The notes under the pieces: generated by a model | What the model saw: only the letters and a program-made list of their open reading frames with translations | Databases searched by the model: none | What the model was told of the DNA's origin: nothing | Part shown: piece by piece, positions 16,034 to 23,721 of the stretch | Layout of the letters: every line of letters begins with the position of its first letter | Numbering within the stretch: position 1 is the first letter of the stretch | From: Alphaproteobacteria bacterium | GTDB taxonomy: Bacteria > Pseudomonadota > Alphaproteobacteria > Bin65 | Direction of reading: 5' to 3' | DNA length: 24,000 nucleotides | Assembly: GCA_036555425.1 (NCBI GenBank) | Contig: DATBLL010000084.1 | Location: 34,316 to 58,315, forward strand | Translations under genes and position numbers: made by a program

Positions 16034-16600
16034 ATGAAAGTCCCAGCCTTCAAGCTGATCGCGGCGCTCGCGCTCGGTGCGCTCGTCGGAGGCTGCGCCT
16101 CCGGCAGCAATGTTGCGGAACAGCGCGCGAGCGTCCAGAAGATGCGCGCCGAGACGCTCGCCAAGCTCTATCGCCTCGCGCCGGGCAGCCGCGAGCGGTT
16201 GCGGAAATCGGTCGGCTACGCGGTGTTCAGCAATGTCGGGATCAACCTTGTCCTGCTGTCTGCCGGTGGCGGACATGGCGTGGTGCGCGACAATGCAACC
16301 GCCCGAGACACCTACATGAACATGGGCACGGCTGGCGTCGGCCTCGGCCTTGGCGTCAAGGATTTTCGCGGCGTGTTCGTTTTCACCGACCGGAGGGCCT
16401 TGGCGTGGTTCCTCGAGCAAGGCTGGGATGCCTCGGCGCAGGCCGATGCCGCGGCCAAGGCCGGCGAGAAGGGCGGCGCTTGGGCCGGCGCGATCGACGT
16501 CGCCCCCGGGATCAAGCTTTACCAGATCACGGAGCACGGCCTCGCGCTACAGGCCACGATCCAGGGCACGAAATACTGGAAGGATGGCGAGCTGAATTAG
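16034..16600 (+). CDS. lipoprotein, SYLF/YSC84-like (DUF500) domain
   Basis: ATG 16034 gives MKVPAFKLIAALALGALVGGCASG, a signal peptide plus the lipobox L-V-G-G-C. The body with Gly-rich repeats (GGGHGVV, GLGLGV) resembles SYLF-domain proteins. Confidence 0.75.
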   Translation: MKVPAFKLIAALALGALVGGCASGSNVAEQRASVQKMRAETLAKLYRLAPGSRERLRKSVGYAVFSNVGINLVLLSAGGGHGVVRDNATARDTYMNMGTAGVGLGLGVKDFRGVFVFTDRRALAWFLEQGWDASAQADAAAKAGEKGGAWAGAIDVAPGIKLYQITEHGLALQATIQGTKYWKDGELN

Positions 16601-16619
16601 CCGCTCCGCCCCGCCCGGC

Positions 16620-16644
16620 GGGCCAGCATCGCCGGCCCCTTTTG
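16620..16644 (+). terminator. weak intrinsic terminator candidate after the lipoprotein gene
   Basis: GGGCC (16620-16624), a 9-nt loop, GGCCC (16634-16638), then CTTTTG. The stem is short. Confidence 0.35.
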
Positions 16645-16683
16645 ATCCAGCGGTAGATGGAGTGCCCGCCCGCGCTTGGGGGC

Positions 16684-16718
16684 TTGACTTCGATCCGTTA
16701 TTTGGATAATTATCAAAA
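16684..16718 (+). promoter_or_regulatory. arsR promoter with overlapping palindromic operator
   Basis: TTGACT at 16684-16689 and GATAAT at 16705-16710. An 18-bp imperfect palindrome, TTTGGATAATTATCAAAA (16701-16718), has a perfect 10-bp core GATAATTATC. It ends 2 nt before the arsR ATG, and there is no SD sequence. Confidence 0.5.
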
Positions 16719-16719
16719 C

Positions 16720-17127
16720 ATGGAAACAACACAAGCCCTCGAAGCCTTCCAGGCCCTCTCCCAGGAAACGCGCCTCGCGGCACTGCGCTTGCTCGTCCAG
16801 GCCGGGCCCAACGGCTTGGCCGCGGGCGTCATCGCCGAGCGGCTGGCGGTGCAGCCTTCGACGCTCTCGACCCATCTCGGGATTTTGGAGCGCGCCGGCC
16901 TCGTCGCCTCGCGGCGCGAGGCGCGCCACATCTTCTACGCCGCGCAATATGAGGGCCTCCGGCAGATCATCGCCTTCATGATGGAGGATTGCTGCCAGGG
17001 CCGCGCCGAGATTTGCGGCGGCTTGACGCCGTCCGTGGCGAAAGCCCGCGCGCCGGGCGCCGGCGCGCCCAAAGCCAAGGGGGCGAGAAGCCTTGCCGCC
17101 GCTCATTCCACGTCAGCGAAACGCTAG
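16720..17127 (+). CDS. arsR: ArsR family arsenic-responsive transcriptional repressor
   Basis: ATG 16720. The HTH FQALSQETRLAALRLLVQAGPNGLAAGVIAERLAVQPSTLSTHLGILERAGLV is typical of the family. It has a C-terminal cysteine triad, Cys91/Cys92/Cys99 (DCCQGRAEIC), instead of the CVC site in helix 3. It lies first in an ars cluster. Confidence 0.88.
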   Translation: METTQALEAFQALSQETRLAALRLLVQAGPNGLAAGVIAERLAVQPSTLSTHLGILERAGLVASRREARHIFYAAQYEGLRQIIAFMMEDCCQGRAEICGGLTPSVAKARAPGAGAPKAKGARSLAAAHSTSAKR

Positions 17128-17142
17128 TGAAAGGAAACTGTC

Positions 17143-17625
17143 ATGAAACGCCTGCATGTTCACACCACGGTGCGCGATCTTGAGGAATCGATCCGCTTTT
17201 ACTCGACGCTGTTCGACCAGGAGCCGGCGCGGCGCGAGCCCGACTACGCCAAGTGGATGCTCGAGGACCCGCGCGTGAACTTCGCGATCTCGACCTGGGG
17301 CAAGGAGCCCGGCGTCGACCATCTGGGGTTCCAGGTCGATGACGAAAGCGAGCTCGGCGAGATCGCGACGCGGCTCGAACAGGCCGGGCACGCGGTCGCG
17401 GCCGAGAAGAACACCACCTGCTGCTACGCGGTTTCCGACAAGCATTGGGTCGTCGATCCGGCCGGCACGCCGTGGGAGACGTTTCGCTCGATGGCGCAGG
17501 TGAAGACGCGCGGCGGCAGCTCGGTCAAGGCCGAGGCCGAAGCGGCGGCGCTCGCCTCTATGAAAGTCGAGCAGGCGGAGAAGTCCGCCGGCAAAGGCTG
17601 CGGCGCCACCGCCTGCTGCGGCTGA
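17143..17625 (+). CDS. arsI: ArsI/CadI family metalloenzyme (putative C-As lyase, glyoxalase/VOC fold)
   Basis: MKRLHVHTTVRDLEESIRFYSTLF and DYAKWMLEDPRVNFAIS. Vicinal cysteines TTCCYA (Cys93-Cys94) are characteristic of ArsI. AAAGGAAA lies upstream of ATG 17143. Confidence 0.85.
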   Translation: MKRLHVHTTVRDLEESIRFYSTLFDQEPARREPDYAKWMLEDPRVNFAISTWGKEPGVDHLGFQVDDESELGEIATRLEQAGHAVAAEKNTTCCYAVSDKHWVVDPAGTPWETFRSMAQVKTRGGSSVKAEAEAAALASMKVEQAEKSAGKGCGATACCG

Positions 17626-17660
17626 TCGCAGAGCGCCGGTGTGGATCGCGGAGGGATGCA

Positions 17661-18170
17661 ATGGCTGAAAAGGTTTTCAACGTCCTCTTCATCTGCACCG
17701 GCAATTCCGCGCGCAGCATCTTCGGCGAGTCGATCCTCAACCGCGAGGGCAGGAGCCGCTTCCGCGCGTACAGTGCGGGAAGCCGCCCCAAGGGCCTGGT
17801 GCACCCATATGCCCTGGATCTCCTGAAGCGCTTGAACTATCCGATCGCCGGTCTGCGCTCCAAGAGCTGGGATGAATTTGCCGAGCCGGGCGCCCCGGCG
17901 CTCGATTTCGCGTTCACCGTCTGCGACAACGCGGCGGGCGAGGTGTGCCCGATCTGGCCCGGTCAACCCATGACCGCGCATTGGGGCCTGCCCGATCCTG
18001 CCGCCGTCGAAGGTAGCGAGGCCGAAAAGCGTGCGGCGTTCGCCGAGACCTACCGCATGCTCAACAACCGAATTTCGATCTTCGTCAGCCTGCCTCTCGC
18101 CTCGCTCGACAAGCTCTCGCTGCAGCAGCGGCTCGATGAGATCGGGCGGGAGAAAAACGCGGCGGCTTGA
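17661..18170 (+). CDS. arsC: arsenate reductase, LMW-PTP (thioredoxin-coupled) type
   Basis: GGAGGGA lies upstream of ATG 17661. P-loop FICTGNSARS (C-x5-R) and the downstream cysteine pair VCDNAAGEVCP. 169 aa. Confidence 0.9.
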   Translation: MAEKVFNVLFICTGNSARSIFGESILNREGRSRFRAYSAGSRPKGLVHPYALDLLKRLNYPIAGLRSKSWDEFAEPGAPALDFAFTVCDNAAGEVCPIWPGQPMTAHWGLPDPAAVEGSEAEKRAAFAETYRMLNNRISIFVSLPLASLDKLSLQQRLDEIGREKNAAA

Positions 18171-18177
18171 GCGCGAC

Positions 18178-18855
18178 GTGAGCGCTGCGCCAACTCTCGC
18201 GCGCCGCCTCGCCGCCGAGGCGATCGGAACGGCGCTGCTCCTCGCCACCGTCGTCGGGTCCGGCATCATGGCCGAGCGCCTCGCCGGCGGAAACGACGCG
18301 CTGGCCCTCCTCGCCAACGCGCTCGCCACCGGCGCCATCCTGTTCGTGCTCATCGGCGCGCTGGCGCCGGTCTCGGGCGCGCATTTCAATCCCGCGGTCA
18401 CGCTTTCGTTCCTGCTGCAGCGGAAGATTCGGCTGCGCGCGGCCGCGCTCTACATGCTGGTGCAATTCGTGGCCGCCCTCGCCGGCGTGGCGCTCGCGCA
18501 TCTCATGTTCGAAAAGCCGCCGCTCGAGATCGGGGTGAAGGCGCGCGCCTCGCCCGCGCTCTGGCTCGCCGAGGCGGTGGCGACGGCGGGTCTCGTCGGC
18601 ACGATCATGGGCACCGTGCGCTTCCGCCCCGAGGCGGTCGCCGCCGCCGTCGCTCTCTACATCACCGCCGCCTATTGGTTCACCTCGTCCACGTCGTTCG
18701 CCAATCCGGCGGTAACGCTCGCGCGCGGCTTCACCGATAGTTTTTCCGGAATAGCGCTCGGCCACGTGCCGGGCTTCGTCGGCGTGCAATTCGCGGCGGC
18801 GATGGCGGCCACGCCGTTTTTTCGCTGGCTTTTCGAGGGTCGCGCCCCTAGGTAG
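18178..18855 (+). CDS. aqpS: MIP/aquaglyceroporin family arsenite channel (AqpS-like)
   Basis: Two NPA boxes (SGAHFNPAVT and SFANPAVT) and six hydrophobic spans. The proposed start is GTG 18178, 7 nt after the arsC stop. An in-frame ATG at 18136 is an alternative. The symbol is assigned by context with arsC, by analogy to Sinorhizobium meliloti. Confidence 0.82.
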   Translation: MSAAPTLARRLAAEAIGTALLLATVVGSGIMAERLAGGNDALALLANALATGAILFVLIGALAPVSGAHFNPAVTLSFLLQRKIRLRAAALYMLVQFVAALAGVALAHLMFEKPPLEIGVKARASPALWLAEAVATAGLVGTIMGTVRFRPEAVAAAVALYITAAYWFTSSTSFANPAVTLARGFTDSFSGIALGHVPGFVGVQFAAAMAATPFFRWLFEGRAPR

Positions 18856-18905
18856 CGGGTTCCCGGCTCGATGCGCGGCCTTCGCCGCCAGCCCCGCCCC
18901 CCGAA

Positions 18906-20108
18906 ATGACGCTCCGCCGATCCCCGCGCTTCATCGCCTTGCTCGTTCTCGTCACGGTGCTGGGGCCGCTGTCGATGCAGATGTTCCTGCCGGCGTTGCC
19001 CGCGATCCAGAAGGGTTTCGCGACCGATGCCGGCACGGCGCAGCTCACCTTGACGTTGGCGATGATCTCGATCGGCGTGGCGACGCTGGTCTTCGGCCCC
19101 GTCTCCGACCGCTTCGGGCGGAAGCCCGTTCTCCTCGCCGGCATCGTGCTCTTCCTCATCGGCAGCATCGTCGCGGCGCTGGCGCACGACATCGGCATGC
19201 TCATCGCCGGCCGCGTCGTGCAGGCCTCGGGTGCTTCGGCCGGCATCGTGCTGGCGCGGGCCATGGCGCGCGACGTCTACGGCTTCGCGCAGTCGATCCG
19301 CGTGATCTCCTATCTCACCATGGTGATGGTGGTGGCGCCCACGGTTTCGCCGGCCATCGGCGGGGTCGTCACCGACAGCTTCGGCTGGCGCGCGATCTTC
19401 TGGATCATGAGCGTCGTCGGCGTCGTCACGGTTTTCGGCGTGTGGGCGGGCATGCCCGAAACCCATGCGGAACGCTCGCCGGCGGGCTGGAAGGGCTTGG
19501 TCGAGGGTAGCCGGCGGCTCATGACGAGCAGCCGCTATCTCGGCTATGCGCTGGTCACTTCCGCCGCGTTCTGCGTGTTCTTCTCCTTCCTGGCCGCAGC
19601 GCCGTATCTCATGGCCGAGGTGCTCCAGCGGCCGGCGCGCGACTACGGTCTCTGGTTCATGCCGGTGGCTGGCATCTTCATCCTCGGCACGTTCTGCTCG
19701 ACGCGCCTGCTCGACCGCTTCGGCGCCGACCGCCTGATCCGCGGCGGCAGCGTCGCCTGCCTCGTCGTCGTGACGGCGGCCCTGGTGTTCTACTACGCGC
19801 TGCCGCTATCGGCGCCGCTGTTGTTCCTGCCCGCCGTCGCCTTCTCCTTCGTCCAGGGCTTCATCATCCCCAACGCACAGGCGAGCGCCATCAACGTCGA
19901 CCCGCGCTATGCCGGCGCCGGCTCGGGCCTCATCGGCTTCATGCAGATGGCGTTCAGCGCGGCGGTGGCCCAGGCCGTGGCGATGCTGGCCGATGGCACG
20001 GTGTGGCCGATGCTCTGGTTCATGATGGCGGCTTCGATTGTGGGCGTCGTATGCCTTCCGCTGATCGGCAAGACGCCGGCGCGGGAGGCGCGGTCGGGGA
20101 CGGCCTAA
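18906..20108 (+). CDS. MFS transporter, Bcr/CflA drug-resistance subfamily
   Basis: 400 aa with about 12 hydrophobic spans. N-terminus LGPLSMQMFLPALPAIQKGF and motif A-like GPVSDRFGRKPVLL are typical of Bcr/CflA exporters. Confidence 0.88.
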   Translation: MTLRRSPRFIALLVLVTVLGPLSMQMFLPALPAIQKGFATDAGTAQLTLTLAMISIGVATLVFGPVSDRFGRKPVLLAGIVLFLIGSIVAALAHDIGMLIAGRVVQASGASAGIVLARAMARDVYGFAQSIRVISYLTMVMVVAPTVSPAIGGVVTDSFGWRAIFWIMSVVGVVTVFGVWAGMPETHAERSPAGWKGLVEGSRRLMTSSRYLGYALVTSAAFCVFFSFLAAAPYLMAEVLQRPARDYGLWFMPVAGIFILGTFCSTRLLDRFGADRLIRGGSVACLVVVTAALVFYYALPLSAPLLFLPAVAFSFVQGFIIPNAQASAINVDPRYAGAGSGLIGFMQMAFSAAVAQAVAMLADGTVWPMLWFMMAASIVGVVCLPLIGKTPAREARSGTA

Positions 20109-20144
20109 CGCGCGCGTGCTAAGCTCGAATGCAAGGAGGCTCGC

Positions 20145-21869
20145 ATGACCCGCCTCTATCGCATCCTCGCCGCTTCGCTGCTGATGGTCGCCGCGCCCGC
20201 ATGGGCCGAGACCGAGCGCGCGCCCGAAAGCGCCACCGGCGCCACCAAGAAGCCGCCGGTCTATGCCAAGCGCTTCATGGCGGTGAGCGCGAATCCGGAG
20301 GCGACGCGCGCCGCCTATCAGGTCTTGAAATCCGGCGGCTCGGCGGCCGACGCCGCGGTGGCGGCGCAACTCGTCTTGAACCTCGTCGAGCCGCAATCCT
20401 CGGGCATCGGCGGCGGCGGCTTCATCCTCTACTGGGACAACAAGGCCAAGCGGCTTCACGCCTATGACGGGCGCGAGACGGCGCCGGCCGGGGCCAAGCC
20501 CGAAATCTTCCTGCGCGAGGGCAGGCCGATGCCGTTCCTCGACGCGGTGCGCGGCGGCCACGCGGTCGGTGTGCCGGGTATACCGGCGCTTCTCGAGCAC
20601 ATGCACAAGCGCCACGGCAAGCTGGCCTGGGCCGCGCTGTTCCGGCCGGCGCAGCATTTGGCCGAACAGGGCTTTCCCGTGTCGGCGCGGCTCCACCAGC
20701 TCATCGCCGCGACGCCGACCCTCAAGGAACGCGCCGAACCGCGGCTCTATTTTTTCACCGACGGCGATAAGCCGCTGCCGGCCGGCCATGTGCTGAAAAA
20801 CATCGATTTCCACGCGACGATCACGCGTATCGCCAATGGCGGCGCCCAAGCTTTCTACCGCGGCCCAGTCGCCGACGCGGTCGTGGCGTCCGTGCGCGAA
20901 GTTGGCGGCACCTTGGCTCCTTCGGATCTCGCCGGCTACAAGGTCGAGGAGCGCGAGCCCGTCTGCGCGCTCTACATCGGCTTCCGCGTCTGCAGCATGG
21001 GCCCGCCCTCCTCGGGCGGCATCGCGGTGCTGCAGATCCTCGCGATCCTCGAGCGCTTCCCCAACGAGATCGTCGCGGCCGAGGACGAGCGGGCGGCGCA
21101 TCTCTTCGTCGAGGCCCAGCGCCTCGCCTTCGCCGACCGCAATCTCTACGTGGCCGACCCCGCCTTCGTCCGCGTGCCGGTGAAGGGCCTCGTCGACCGC
21201 GACTATCTCGCGGGCCGGGCGAAGCTGATCGACCGGCACCGCGCGCTCGGGAAGATCGAGGCGGGCACGCCGCCCGAGAACAAGGGCGAATTCGCGCCCG
21301 ATACCGGCAACGAGAGCCCGGGCACGTCGCATCTTTCGATCGTCGACGGCGAGGGCAACGCGGTTTCGTTCACGACCACGATCGAGAACGGCTTCGGCGC
21401 GCAGATGATGGCGGGCGGCTTCCTGCTCAACAACCAGCTCACCGACTTCGCGTTCGTGCCCGAGCGCGACGGGAAGCCCGTCGCCAATCGCGTCGAGCCC
21501 GGCAAGCGGCCGCGGAGTTCGATGGCGCCGGTGATGGTGTTCGACAAGGATGACCGGCTCATCCTCGTTGTGGGCTCGCCGGGCGGCGCCCGCATCATCG
21601 GCTACGTCGCGCGCACCGTGATGCGCGTGCTCGACGGCGGCAGCGACATCGCCGCCGCCGTCGCCGAGGCGCACGTCGTTTCGACCGGCACCGCGGCCGA
21701 GATCGAGAAGGGCACCGATGCGGAGCAGCTGGCCGAGCGCCTCGAGCGCCTCGGCCACAAGGTCGTCGTGCGCGAGCTCAACAGCGGCCTCCACGGCATC
21801 CAGATCACCGACGACCGCCTCATCGGCGGCGCCGATCCCCGGCGCGAAGGCACGGCGATGGGCGAGTAG
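20145..21869 (+). CDS. ggt: gamma-glutamyltransferase
   Basis: AAGGAGG lies 6 nt upstream of the start. Signal peptide MTRLYRILAASLLMVAAPAWA. Autoprocessing/catalytic site PGTSHLSIVD and the C-terminal GGADPRREG motif. 574 aa. Confidence 0.95.
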   Translation: MTRLYRILAASLLMVAAPAWAETERAPESATGATKKPPVYAKRFMAVSANPEATRAAYQVLKSGGSAADAAVAAQLVLNLVEPQSSGIGGGGFILYWDNKAKRLHAYDGRETAPAGAKPEIFLREGRPMPFLDAVRGGHAVGVPGIPALLEHMHKRHGKLAWAALFRPAQHLAEQGFPVSARLHQLIAATPTLKERAEPRLYFFTDGDKPLPAGHVLKNIDFHATITRIANGGAQAFYRGPVADAVVASVREVGGTLAPSDLAGYKVEEREPVCALYIGFRVCSMGPPSSGGIAVLQILAILERFPNEIVAAEDERAAHLFVEAQRLAFADRNLYVADPAFVRVPVKGLVDRDYLAGRAKLIDRHRALGKIEAGTPPENKGEFAPDTGNESPGTSHLSIVDGEGNAVSFTTTIENGFGAQMMAGGFLLNNQLTDFAFVPERDGKPVANRVEPGKRPRSSMAPVMVFDKDDRLILVVGSPGGARIIGYVARTVMRVLDGGSDIAAAVAEAHVVSTGTAAEIEKGTDAEQLAERLERLGHKVVVRELNSGLHGIQITDDRLIGGADPRREGTAMGE

Positions 21870-21959
21870 GGCGGCTGTGGATATTCGGTCCTTCGCGTTG
21901 CCTTCCCGCGTGTGATAAAGGCGTGGGAAACTTCAAGCTCGCGCTGAGAGACGCGTTCG

Positions 21960-23585
21960 ATGCAGCCATCCGGCCACACGCAGCGGCTCGCAAGCCGCAT
22001 CGCCGATGCCCTTGCCCGAGGTCGCACTTTCGATCCCGGACCGGCGTTCGATGCCTTTCTCGCGGGCCCCATCGACGAAATCTACGCTGTCCTCGGCGCG
22101 TTCGAGCGACATCTCGCGGCGGGAACGCAGCGGACGCAGGATCTCGCCGACGCATATCTGCACCTTCTGCAGCTTCGGCTCGAGCACCTTCGTTATGATG
22201 TCGACGCGAATTACGACTGGGCCAAGGAAACAGTCCAAGCATTCCAGCGAGCCGTTGTAGAACATGTCCGCGAAGGGTGGCTCGACAACACCGGGTTGGC
22301 GGCGATCGGGCGCGCGCTGCGCGAGGCGAAGTTGGAGGCCATCCCCGAGCTGATTGCTGCCGGCGGTGCGCAGCTCGAGGCACTCTCGGACGAGGAAATC
22401 GAGCACCTGCCGCGCGAAGCCGAGCGGCTCATGAGCACGCTCGTCCAGGCAGCGGGCGACGATCCGTTCGCGATCTGCGAGGCAATGGCCGAAAGCAGCT
22501 TTACGCTCCCGCCCGAAGCCAGGGCAGCGGCAGCGGTCTTGCTTTTCGGGCGGCCGGAAGCCGCCGCTCAAGAGGCGGCTGCATTGGTGATTCTCGACCA
22601 GAGTCCCGAGGCCCGACGCGCGATCGCGCTCGCTCTGCAAGCGCATGCAAAGCGGCTGTCGCCGACGTCGTTGCGCCGACTCAATGCCTTGCGCAACTGG
22701 CTCCCGGAGAACGAGCACCACCTCGTCGATCAGGTCGTTCGGACCGCCCGCGCGGGAGGCATCGAATGCGCGCCCTACGCATCCGCGCCATCGGCCGCGA
22801 TCCAAGCGTCGGGGCTCGACGGCGCGGGAGCGCAGGGATTTATTGTCCTGTCGCCCCAAGGCAAGCAATGGCGGCCTTCGTCGGTCGTGGTGAAGCGCGG
22901 CAAAGGCATCCAAGATGCCTGGTGCGGCGAGGCGCAGAGCAAGGGCGCGCTGCGGCGAAGCATGGGTCTCTTGGGCTCGGACGACATGGCCCGGCCGGTC
23001 GCGCGCGAGTATCTTGATCTCGCGGTGCGACATCATCTCGCTATCGGCCGGAAAGCGGGCGCCCTGCCGCCTACCCCGCTGCTCGAGCTCGCCGAGATTC
23101 TCGGTGGCCCGGTCTGGCAGCCGGATCAACTCGACTGGCAGCATACTCTCGTCGCGCTCGTCGCCGACGTGCCGCCGGCGGAGCGGACAGAGGGGGCGGT
23201 GTCGCGGACACTCGAACGCAGCGCGATCTGGAGCGATGTCGGCACAAGCGAGAGCTGGTTCGAGGAGGATCAGGAGGTGGCGGACCTCGTCGCGCGTACG
23301 CGTACGCGCAACTTCGCGCGATTATCGGAACATCTCCTGGGCACCGTCGTGGTGCAGCGCGCCGCGAAATGGGCCGAACACTTTACCTGGGTGGCACTTT
23401 GGCTCCGCCATGCACAGCCCAAAGAAGATGCGAGATGGCGAAACTTCGCGCTCCTGGCGCATGCCGTCGTAGACGGGCGCGGAATTGCCGACATTCCCAT
23501 TATGCGCGAGATCGCCGAGCGAACCGCCGTGGCCTTGGGGTTCACTGGCTCGCCTCGGAACACCGGCTCGCCGGGGCCGCGCTGA
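21960..23585 (+). CDS. hypothetical protein, 541 aa, no recognisable domain
   Basis: This is the longest ORF across this span, and its composition looks protein-like (A/L/E-rich, predicted helical). The antisense 403-aa ORF is Arg-rich and shadow-like. ATG 21960 is the first start after an in-frame TGA at 21945. It has no signal peptide, no TM segments and no catalytic motif I recognise. Confidence 0.7.
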   Translation: MQPSGHTQRLASRIADALARGRTFDPGPAFDAFLAGPIDEIYAVLGAFERHLAAGTQRTQDLADAYLHLLQLRLEHLRYDVDANYDWAKETVQAFQRAVVEHVREGWLDNTGLAAIGRALREAKLEAIPELIAAGGAQLEALSDEEIEHLPREAERLMSTLVQAAGDDPFAICEAMAESSFTLPPEARAAAAVLLFGRPEAAAQEAAALVILDQSPEARRAIALALQAHAKRLSPTSLRRLNALRNWLPENEHHLVDQVVRTARAGGIECAPYASAPSAAIQASGLDGAGAQGFIVLSPQGKQWRPSSVVVKRGKGIQDAWCGEAQSKGALRRSMGLLGSDDMARPVAREYLDLAVRHHLAIGRKAGALPPTPLLELAEILGGPVWQPDQLDWQHTLVALVADVPPAERTEGAVSRTLERSAIWSDVGTSESWFEEDQEVADLVARTRTRNFARLSEHLLGTVVVQRAAKWAEHFTWVALWLRHAQPKEDARWRNFALLAHAVVDGRGIADIPIMREIAERTAVALGFTGSPRNTGSPGPR

Positions 23586-23587
23586 GG

Positions 23588-23651
23588 GCATTCCGCCCGC
23601 AACCGATCCGCGGCGCAACCGGCTTAACGCTTGCGCGCCGGCGCGGAATGC
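23588..23651. terminator. nested inverted repeats between convergent genes (possible bidirectional terminator)
   Basis: GCATTCCGC (23588-23596) pairs with GCGGAATGC (23643-23651). Inner repeats are GCGCAA/TTGCGC and CCGGC/GCCGG. There is no clear U-tract. Confidence 0.35.
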
Positions 23652-23721
23652 GTACTTCGCTTTGTCCTCCACGGTTCATTCCTCTCTGCTTCCCGCTTGT
23701 GCGTGCTGCTGTCCCTTTCAT

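Noticed and set aside
14941-16164. 407-aa minus-strand ORF
   Set aside because: It lies antisense to the class II aldolase gene, which has clear family motifs. Its composition is shadow-like.
19806-21794. 662-aa minus-strand ORF
   Set aside because: It lies antisense to ggt and the end of the MFS gene. Both of those have strong family motifs on the plus strand. Its composition is shadow-like.
21933-23144. 403-aa minus-strand ORF opposite the 541-aa orphan
   Set aside because: It is shorter than the plus-strand ORF, and it is Arg-rich (RRRR runs) with no recognisable motif. The plus frame has the more protein-like composition. This remains the weaker alternative rather than being formally excluded.
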